10,845 nucleotides of DNA from Nanobdellati archaeon (GTDB lineage Archaea; EX4484-52; GLR71), in NCBI GenBank assembly GCA_019429005.1, contig JAHYJR010000011.1, positions 1 to 10,845 on the forward strand, read 5' to 3'. A program made the translations under genes and the position numbers. Of the stretch, positions 1 to 6,630 are shown piece after piece. The notes under the pieces were generated by a model. It searched no databases. It saw nothing but the letters and a program-made list of their open reading frames with translations, and was not told where the DNA came from. Each line of letters opens with the position of its first letter. Position 1 is the first letter of the stretch.

Positions 1-192
1 TGGTTAGAATATGAATATTTTTTAACAGCATCAACAGATAAAAATCCAGTAGAATTTTGTTGGAAAAGAACAAGACAAGAATTATTACAATTTTATTCAT
101 TTTCTAAAAAAACAGAGTTATTGAGTAATTTAGGTAAATTATGGGAAAATGGGTTTTTCACACATGAACTCTCTAATTATTTGTCGCTTTGA
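1..192 (+). CDS. IS630-family transposase, C-terminal part (5' truncated by window edge)
   Basis: Not in the ORF track. Frame +1 is open from base 1 to TGA at 190-192: WLEYEYFLTASTDKNPVEFCWKRTRQELLQFYSFSKKTELLSNLGKLWENGFFTHELSNYLSL*. YFLTASTDKNPVEFCW resembles the IS630/Tc1 DDE_3 motif (F/Y)LPxYSPxLNPIExxW that carries the catalytic Glu. Confidence 0.8.
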   Translation, partial: WLEYEYFLTASTDKNPVEFCWKRTRQELLQFYSFSKKTELLSNLGKLWENGFFTHELSNYLSL

Positions 193-197
193 CTATA
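1..197 (+). mobile_element. Right end of an IS630-family insertion sequence with TA target site
   Basis: The transposase stop is followed immediately by CTA-TA (193-197). IS630/Tc1 elements insert at and duplicate TA. This junction coincides exactly with the premature stop of the helicase on the opposite strand. The left end and the matching TIR are outside the window. Confidence 0.7.
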
Positions 198-423
198 AAT
201 CTAGAAATTTAAGTAGTTCCGCTTTCCATTGAAACATTAAGTTTATGGTTGGGACGATTATACAAGTTCTATAATCGGGATTATCTTTCATAAATTGCTT
301 TATACAATATATTGCAAATACGGTTTTTCCTTTTCCTGTGCCTACTTTCAGTATTCCATTATAATTATTATTTTTGAAGATTTTATACGCATCATTTTGC
401 CATTCTCTTAATATAATTCCCAT
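193..423 (-). pseudogene. 5' fragment of an SF2 DEAD/DEAH-box helicase (ResIII/Rad25-XPB-like), interrupted by the IS630 element
   Basis: Q motif LREWQ, Walker A GTGKGKT and motif Ia IIVPTINLMFQW are present. The frame stops after 76 aa, before the DExH motif. The TAG stop lies at the inferred IS end. Confidence 0.8.
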
Positions 424-446
424 TAAGATTAGTATATAAAGACAAC

Positions 447-458
447 TTTAATAACTTT
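447..458 (-). promoter_or_regulatory. Archaeal-type BRE/TATA promoter for a leaderless helicase transcript
   Basis: The minus strand reads AAAG-TTATTAAA, ending 24 nt before the ATG at 423, with no obvious Shine-Dalgarno. This spacing is typical of leaderless archaeal genes. Confidence 0.45.
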
Positions 459-534
459 GTTGAGAGTATCGTACTTGTTTGGTAAAGAAATAATCAACAT
501 TTCAGGGGAATAAAGATTGCCTTACAAATTGGTT

Positions 535-555
535 ATCACGGAATTATTTTGTGTA
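535..555. repeat. Direct repeat copy 1, ATCACGGAATTATTTTGTGTA
   Basis: 19/21 identical to 2682-2702. Both copies are intergenic. Confidence 0.8.
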
Positions 556-571
556 CCCCATTACTAAACAG

Positions 572-612
572 ATATATATATATAACTCAAAAATACAAGA
601 GTTATTAGAGGT
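572..612 (+). promoter_or_regulatory. TATA-like (TA)6 tract and GAGGT ribosome-binding site of the nuclease gene
   Basis: ATATATATATATA at 572-584 follows a purine-rich AAACAG. GAGGT at 608-612 lies 8 nt before the ATG at 621. Confidence 0.45.
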
Positions 613-620
613 TATTAATT

Positions 621-1697
621 ATGGATTCTGATAAAAGTTTAAAGTATAATATATTTAACTATGCAACAAAAGAATTATCACAAGATGCATTTATTGCTTG
701 GTTATTGAACTATTATAATGATAAAGATCATGAGTTATACCCAATTGCTGAAAAATTGTTAAATAAGATTGTTACTGAATCACATATAGATAGTAAATTA
801 CCAAAAACAAAAATAGATATTAGATTACAAGAAGACAAACGAGATGTGACTGTTTATTTCTTAGATGATAAGGGAGAACCAATAAAAGAGTTAGTTATAT
901 TTTTTGAGGATAAAGTTAATAGTTCTGAGGGTGATGGTCAAATAACTGGATATTTTAATAAATTGAGGGATAAAGATTTTAATAAAGTAATCCCCGTTTA
1001 TTTTAAGACCACTTATATGACAAAGAAAGAAGAAGCTAGTTTAAACACACTTAAAACAAAACTTAATTCATTAGTTATATTTTCTCAAAAAGAGATTTCT
1101 GATTTCTTTGTTAATCATTTAAACCAAAAAGACAATATAGATATAATTATGCCAATTAGGACTTATAATGTTTTACTGAATGATTGGATTACATATTTTA
1201 AATCTATGGCTGTTTTTGGTATAGATGTAAAGGGGATTACAAATATATCTGAAAAACTGAAGGAGAAAGATAGTTCTATTTATAAAAAATCACTAAAAAT
1301 TAAGATTTTAGATGAAATTGGTAATTCTATAAAGACAAGTCAAAATCTTTCAAAATTAGATAATTATAATGTGGGGCCATTCAATAATAGCCATGCTATT
1401 TACTATTGGATAGAATTACCGGATAAAAAGACATACATTCAAATATACATTATGGGAGACACTCTCATACGTTTAAGTTTTAACCAAAATCCAGCAGAAA
1501 ACTTTGACGAAATTAGGAATAAAATTGAAGTGTTTTGTAATGCGCCAAATAACTGGAAGTATGCAAGATATAAAAAGAAAAGAGCATCTTTTAAGTTTGA
1601 TTTGAATATTGAAACATTAGAATGCACGTATAGTGATTTAAAAGAACAAATCAAAAAAGCGATTCTTGAGGTCAGTAATAATACTGATTTGATGTAG
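621..1697 (+). CDS. PD-(D/E)XK nuclease family protein (PDDEXK_4-like)
   Basis: 358-aa ORF with an RBS. N-terminal NIFNYATKELSQDAFIAWLL, then RDVTV...VIFFEDKV...DGQITGY, matching the D..ExK..QxxxY pattern of this family. The C-terminal half is not recognised. Confidence 0.8.
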   Translation: MDSDKSLKYNIFNYATKELSQDAFIAWLLNYYNDKDHELYPIAEKLLNKIVTESHIDSKLPKTKIDIRLQEDKRDVTVYFLDDKGEPIKELVIFFEDKVNSSEGDGQITGYFNKLRDKDFNKVIPVYFKTTYMTKKEEASLNTLKTKLNSLVIFSQKEISDFFVNHLNQKDNIDIIMPIRTYNVLLNDWITYFKSMAVFGIDVKGITNISEKLKEKDSSIYKKSLKIKILDEIGNSIKTSQNLSKLDNYNVGPFNNSHAIYYWIELPDKKTYIQIYIMGDTLIRLSFNQNPAENFDEIRNKIEVFCNAPNNWKYARYKKKRASFKFDLNIETLECTYSDLKEQIKKAILEVSNNTDLM

Positions 1698-1719
1698 ATT
1701 GTTTTTTGTTTTATTTTGT
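1698..1719 (+). terminator. Oligo-T tract, possible archaeal-type terminator of the nuclease gene
   Basis: ATTGTTTTTTGTTTTATTTTGT directly follows the TAG stop. Confidence 0.35.
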
Positions 1720-1723
1720 CTTG

Positions 1724-1748
1724 AGCTTGTCGGAATTTCCGACAAGCT
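1724..1748. repeat. Perfect 12-bp inverted repeat with a 1-nt spacer between convergent genes
   Basis: AGCTTGTCGGAA-T-TTCCGACAAGCT. Confidence 0.85.
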
Positions 1749-1829
1749 GAATGTTACAACTGTTTTTGCTTCAATTAAACAAGTATTTTATTTTTAATAA
1801 ATTACTATTTGTATAATATCCAATAAATC

Positions 1830-2501
1830 TTAATCCTCAATACATTTCAAAACATCTTTGATATCATTAATTACAAAATCTGCGCCAGAATCAAGGGTCT
1901 TGTCCAATGCGCCATAACGAGCCCAGCAAGTCTTAATACCTACTTTTGCTGCACCTAAGATATCTCTTTCGGGACAATCTCCAACCATTAAGGCATCAGA
2001 GGGATTGACATCTAGTAATGAAAGCGCCTTATTAAAAGGAAGTGATGATGGTTTTAATTCTCCTGTATCTTCAAAACCTACAACGATATCAAAAAGATTA
2101 AGGATACCTATTAAATCTAGTCGTTGATACACCTTTACTCTTGGTGCATCACTTATGACACAGAGCTTAATGCCTTTTTTATTAATACCTCTTAGAACTT
2201 TTGGTACTCCTGGATATGTCTTTAAATATTTCTTTTTTGCGCAAAGATATGCATTTAATCCAAGAGCTAGCATCTTATCATCAACAGTGCCGTTATGTTT
2301 TTTTATAAACCTTGAGAATGCTGTATTGCCCTCTATCCCATCTTCAAGATAGAACTTAAAAAGTTCATCTCCTGCGATTTTCTTATCAAAATTGAGTCCT
2401 GCAGACACCATGGCGAGCGCAGCACTTCTTGATGCGTTCTTCTTAAGTTTTATGAAGTCTATTAATGTCTGGTCCAAGTCAAAAAGGATAGCTTTTATCA
2501 T
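1830..2501 (-). CDS. HAD-superfamily hydrolase, subfamily IA (archaeal MJ1437-like phosphatase)
   Basis: Motif I FDLDQTL, motif II VISD, motif III LKP and motif IV MVGDCPERD are all present. ATG at 2501 (MIKAILFD) is preferred over the GTG at 2513 because AAGGTG (2516-2511) then acts as the RBS. TATAAATA lies upstream at 2540-2533. Confidence 0.9.
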   Translation of the reverse strand: MIKAILFDLDQTLIDFIKLKKNASRSAALAMVSAGLNFDKKIAGDELFKFYLEDGIEGNTAFSRFIKKHNGTVDDKMLALGLNAYLCAKKKYLKTYPGVPKVLRGINKKGIKLCVISDAPRVKVYQRLDLIGILNLFDIVVGFEDTGELKPSSLPFNKALSLLDVNPSDALMVGDCPERDILGAAKVGIKTCWARYGALDKTLDSGADFVINDIKDVLKCIED

Positions 2502-2653
2502 GAGTGAATACACCTTGATATTGTGTTAGGAGTATTTATATTATTATATTTTGGGTCTGCAAAGTTTTCCTGTAATTATGCTAGTTTTTTGAAACATCAA
2601 AATAGGTTATGTAAATCACAAAAAACATAATCCCTCAACCCACTATATATTAG

Positions 2654-2668
2654 AAATCCTGAGGATTT
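2654..2668. repeat. Perfect 7-bp inverted repeat with a 1-nt spacer, core of a longer imperfect palindrome
   Basis: AAATCCT-G-AGGATTT, extendable to ATATTA...TAATAT with one G/T mismatch. Confidence 0.6.
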
Positions 2669-2681
2669 TTAATATGGGATA

Positions 2682-2702
2682 ATCACGGACTAATTTTGTG
2701 TA
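2682..2702. repeat. Direct repeat copy 2, ATCACGGACTAATTTTGTGTA
   Basis: 19/21 identical to 535-555. Confidence 0.8.
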
Positions 2703-2724
2703 ACAACATCTTGCAAAATAATAG

Positions 2725-2745
2725 ACCCCTCAAAATTTGAGGGGT
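2725..2745 (-). terminator. Perfect 10-bp inverted repeat just downstream of res; probable terminator hairpin or protein-binding site
   Basis: ACCCCTCAAA-A-TTTGAGGGGT, 21 nt after the res stop. It is followed by CTATTATTTT on the minus strand and by a T run on the plus strand. Confidence 0.55.
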
Positions 2746-2766
2746 TTTTAAACTGTCAATGTTAAA

Positions 2767-5700
2767 TTATACAGATTTAACCTTATTTCGCAATTCATCA
2801 AAACTACTTACTACATCAAATATAACATTTCCATCCGAAATTGCATTAAAATGTTTTCGTGCGCAATCAATTTTTACTTTTTCAACACCACGCCAATCTT
2901 TATCCTGCACACTTCCTTTAGTCTCAATTACAAAATATGCATATTGGATTTTTTTCTTATCAAAAACAATAATCCAATCTGGACTAAATTTCCCAACAGG
3001 TGTGTTAATTACATATTCCCCTTTAGGAAGTTTAGAAAAGACTAAAACATCTACTGATGCATCTATTTTTTCGGCTATATGTTTTTCAATATCAGAATCA
3101 TAGATAAGATAGTCATAAATGTATCTTTCTACATCTATAGATTTACCAACACTAAGTATATTTTTTTTAAAGATATCAATCGAAATAGTTTCAGAGGTTC
3201 TATGATATTCTATATTATGATAAATTATTTCTGCTTTTTCATCATTTATTATTTTACAGATTTTTATTAAAAAATCTTCAGGATTTTGTTTAAATAAATC
3301 AAATTTATCCGGATTAATCTTTGATACTATCTCAATAATAGTCCATCTAGTCATGCTTGTTTCAGAAACAATTTTACCTATTAAATCATATTTTACAAAA
3401 TCAGATATACTTTCAGTTAAATTATCATATTTGATTGTCTCTTTTGTAAACGCAGTTTTATTTTTTAAATCCTCTGCATTCAATCCAATATTTTTCATTT
3501 TACCCTCGGTTGTTTCTGATTCGATTTTAATAATTGATAATTTTTCATTTATCTCTTTAATTGCATTAGTTATAAGAGTCTCGGTTTTAAAATCTACAGT
3601 ATATGTACTTTTTATATTTATATAATCCCACAATTCTCTAAATTCTTCTTTATTAAAATTAGTTTCATTAATTTTATTTGTTATTTTATTTTCATTATCC
3701 TCATTATGTACTTTGACGTTATTTTCATATAATTCACGTATAATATCTATTAAATCAGTTGTTTTATCTTTAAGGTCATCTCTAATGTTTAGTGTGCCTT
3801 CATCTTTATCCTTATGATATTTTTCAGTCAATGACCCGTTTTCATCAACATACTTATTCACTGTAAAATCATATATAATAGCTTTAGCAACAGGTTCATT
3901 TATTCTCTCACCATTAATTGATTTCTTCATTAAAAATTCAACAGTTAGTTTTGATGGTCTTTCTCTTAGGTTTTGGCTGAATTCATTCTGAAGCCCATGA
4001 GCAAAATCTTCATAGGATTCATTAGCAATTATTGTTAAAATATTTGCTTGTGTAAAATCTAAGCCTTCATATTCCTCATCAACTCTATCTCCTTGTTGGT
4101 TCACACAAAGCCTTAAACCTCTTCCAACTTCTTGCCTTGTTCTTACCTCTTTAGGATCTGTATTTCTCAATACACAAATCTGAAATACATTTGGATTATC
4201 CCATCCTTCTCTTAGTGCTGAGTGTGAAAAGATAAATCTTGTTTTTTCTTTTAAATCAAGAAGTAACTCTTTTTGTTTCATAATCAAATCATAAGCACTG
4301 ACATCATCACAGGTCTTATTTTCACCTCTGCCTTTTTCATCAGGATTTATTAAGTGTCCTTTTTTATCTATTGAGAAATAACCTTTATGCGTTTCGTTTG
4401 AAGTTATTGATTCTAAATAAGCATTATATTTAGCCTCCTCTTTTTTGTATTCTTCAATTAATGTAGTATATTCTTCTTCAAAGACTCTTGCATATTTTCC
4501 GGGAATGTTATTGTCTTGCTCATCATATTCTCTGTAATTTTTTACTTCATCTATAAAAAACAGAGATATTGTCTTTATTCCGTTTTTATAAAGATTTCGT
4601 TCTTTATTCAAATGAGATCTTATTGTTTCTCTTATTTGTATTCTTCTTTTGTGATCTTCATTTATGTTTCCTACAATGTCACTTACGGAGACTTTGACTC
4701 CATTAGTAAATTCGATATAGTTTGAGGTTATATCAGATACCTTATATCCTTTATATTGTGGCAATTCACTAGATATTGAAAATAAATCATCGCCCCTATT
4801 TATTCTTCTTGTTTTTTTTACAATACTATTTATCTGTTTTACTTCAAGCTCAATCCTTGCTGATGGATAATTATTCTTGCTTATGTCAATTCCTTCTATG
4901 TACAAATAGCTGTGTGTTGCTGTAGTTCCTTTGATGTTTATTCCTTTAACATTAATTTGTTTTACTAGTTTTTTATTGAAAGCGTCAACTGCATCCAGAC
5001 GATAAACCATATTGTATGTTTCTCTATGTGTTGCTGAATATCTTAAAGTGAATAAAGAATTGAAATGTTTTAAACCTTCTTTAGTTGCAGGTCCTTCAAC
5101 GGATTGTGGTTCATCAATTATAATTATTGGATTTGTACCTGCAATATAATCTATTTGACGAGCACCGTGTTCTGTTTTTTTATAAATATTATTACTCGTT
5201 TTATTAGTTATATCATTTTTAAAATCTTTTTTATTAAATGCATGACTATTAATTATCATAACATTAATACTACTGTTTGTTGCAAATGATTCAATTTGAG
5301 TTTGTTTGGACGAATCAAATATGAAATGCCTAATCTTCTTGCCGTATAATGTGGCAAAATGTTCTTCCATAATTTGAAATGATTTTAAAACACCTTCTCT
5401 TATAGCAATACTTGGAACAACTATAATAAATTTAGTCCAATTATATTTTTTATTTAATTCAAAAATTGTGTTGATATATACATATGTTTTTCCAGTTCCG
5501 GTTTCCATCTCTACTGTAAGGTTCAGACCATCTCCTTCAAGTTTTGTTGAATGATGCAGATTATTATTTTTTTGTATTTTTATGATGTTTTTAAGTATTG
5601 TTTCTTCAGGGATTGTTATTTTTCCATTTTTCCATGCATATATGTTTGAATCCTTTGCAAAAGATGTCAGACCACCTTGTTTTTTACCATATAGGTATTT

Positions 5701-5790
5701 GTATGATTCTTTACCTTGACCCTCAAATACATCACAGACAGCATTCATTGCGTCAATCTGGAACTGTTGTTTTTTGAATTTTAGTTTCAT
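2767..5790 (-). CDS. res: Type III restriction-modification system endonuclease/helicase subunit Res
   Basis: 1007 aa. Motifs: Walker A LTVEMETGTGKTYVY, VVPSIAIREG, DEPQ, RYSATH, LREGWDNPNVF, RQEVGRGLRL, and an intact C-terminal nuclease motif PDW...IETKG. GAGGT RBS at 5802-5798. ATGA overlap with the dinD stop. Confidence 0.95.
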   Translation of the reverse strand: MKLKFKKQQFQIDAMNAVCDVFEGQGKESYKYLYGKKQGGLTSFAKDSNIYAWKNGKITIPEETILKNIIKIQKNNNLHHSTKLEGDGLNLTVEMETGTGKTYVYINTIFELNKKYNWTKFIIVVPSIAIREGVLKSFQIMEEHFATLYGKKIRHFIFDSSKQTQIESFATNSSINVMIINSHAFNKKDFKNDITNKTSNNIYKKTEHGARQIDYIAGTNPIIIIDEPQSVEGPATKEGLKHFNSLFTLRYSATHRETYNMVYRLDAVDAFNKKLVKQINVKGINIKGTTATHSYLYIEGIDISKNNYPSARIELEVKQINSIVKKTRRINRGDDLFSISSELPQYKGYKVSDITSNYIEFTNGVKVSVSDIVGNINEDHKRRIQIRETIRSHLNKERNLYKNGIKTISLFFIDEVKNYREYDEQDNNIPGKYARVFEEEYTTLIEEYKKEEAKYNAYLESITSNETHKGYFSIDKKGHLINPDEKGRGENKTCDDVSAYDLIMKQKELLLDLKEKTRFIFSHSALREGWDNPNVFQICVLRNTDPKEVRTRQEVGRGLRLCVNQQGDRVDEEYEGLDFTQANILTIIANESYEDFAHGLQNEFSQNLRERPSKLTVEFLMKKSINGERINEPVAKAIIYDFTVNKYVDENGSLTEKYHKDKDEGTLNIRDDLKDKTTDLIDIIRELYENNVKVHNEDNENKITNKINETNFNKEEFRELWDYINIKSTYTVDFKTETLITNAIKEINEKLSIIKIESETTEGKMKNIGLNAEDLKNKTAFTKETIKYDNLTESISDFVKYDLIGKIVSETSMTRWTIIEIVSKINPDKFDLFKQNPEDFLIKICKIINDEKAEIIYHNIEYHRTSETISIDIFKKNILSVGKSIDVERYIYDYLIYDSDIEKHIAEKIDASVDVLVFSKLPKGEYVINTPVGKFSPDWIIVFDKKKIQYAYFVIETKGSVQDKDWRGVEKVKIDCARKHFNAISDGNVIFDVVSSFDELRNKVKSV

Positions 5791-6629
5791 TTTAATAACC
5801 TCTTTGAAACTTTAGCTAGATTATTTTCATCATTTTTTATTCTTCTTTCGAGCTTTTTAATGTCCTCTTCAGGAGGTAATCGTTCTGGATAAATATCATC
5901 TTCTAAAAGTACATTTCTAACTCTTTGATTATTTTTAATGTGTTCTGTTGTAATTTTTGGTTCTCCTTGTAAATCGTCTTTTTTTATATTAAAATTGGTT
6001 ATTTCAGTTGCAAAATTTTTAGCTGCCATTGTAACTGTTGGAAGAACATCTGCAAGGGGTTTATATTTAGGTATTTCTAATATTGTTTTCATTTGATTTG
6101 TATTATACCCACCAAATAATGCTTGGTCTCCTTTGCTTCTAATTCTTGCAAAACCTTTATTATCTACGCCCCTTTCATAAATCAATTTTGATAGTTCTGT
6201 TTCGGATTTTACTAATTTTTCTCTTACATCAAATCTTTCTTTTAATGCAATTCGTTTTTCAATTAATTCTTGTTTTCTTGTCTGGATTGCAAAATAGCTT
6301 TGAGCAAATGCAATTTCATCTTTTCTTGAATCTCCGTTTTGGGCAATTAGATAACATGCATATCGTGTAAGCATATAATTAATTATTTCTCTTTCTACAC
6401 CAGAACCTAGTTCTACCATTTTCCCGACGTCGGGAAAATGGTTCTGTACCTCTTGCCCTGCATTTTTACAAGAAATCTTTGCTTTTTCTATAATTTTTAC
6501 AAAATTATCCCACTTAGAATAACCTAAAAGACTTTGCAAATCTCTTGCAAACCAAAATTCGATTCCGTCTTCTATGTGCACATAATCTTCAAAATTTTTG
6601 GTAAGTCTTATAATAATCTCTTTTTCCAT
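5787..6629 (-). CDS. dinD: DNA damage-inducible protein D (Bro-N domain family)
   Basis: EFWFARDLQSLLGYSKWDNF, HFPDVGKMV, LTRYACYLIAQNGDSRKDEIAFAQSYFAIQTRKQE, IRSKGDQALFGG and PERLPPEEDIKKLERR are characteristic of DinD. AGGTGA RBS lies within the end of mod. Confidence 0.92.
   Translation of the reverse strand: MEKEIIIRLTKNFEDYVHIEDGIEFWFARDLQSLLGYSKWDNFVKIIEKAKISCKNAGQEVQNHFPDVGKMVELGSGVEREIINYMLTRYACYLIAQNGDSRKDEIAFAQSYFAIQTRKQELIEKRIALKERFDVREKLVKSETELSKLIYERGVDNKGFARIRSKGDQALFGGYNTNQMKTILEIPKYKPLADVLPTVTMAAKNFATEITNFNIKKDDLQGEPKITTEHIKNNQRVRNVLLEDDIYPERLPPEEDIKKLERRIKNDENNLAKVSKRLLK
6415..6442. repeat. Perfect 28-bp palindrome inside dinD
   Basis: ACCATTTTCCCGAC|GTCGGGAAAATGGT, encoding (N)HFPDVGKM(V). 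Confidence 0.9.
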
Positions 6630-6630
6630 A

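Noticed and set aside
2502-2513. GTG start at 2513 for the HAD gene
   Set aside because: The GTG is part of the AAGGTG RBS-like sequence. ATG at 2501 gives the canonical MIKAILFDLD N-terminus.
2590-2617. dif/Xer-like site (CATCAA-AATAGG-TTATGTAAAT)
   Set aside because: The right arm resembles a XerD arm, but the left arm lacks the expected ATAA symmetry. The match is too weak in AT-rich DNA.
535-2745. CRISPR array or integron attC cassettes
   Set aside because: There are only two copies of the repeat, 2.1 kb apart, with no regular spacers and no cas or integrase gene. The palindromes lack the RYYYAAC...GTTRRRY arrangement.
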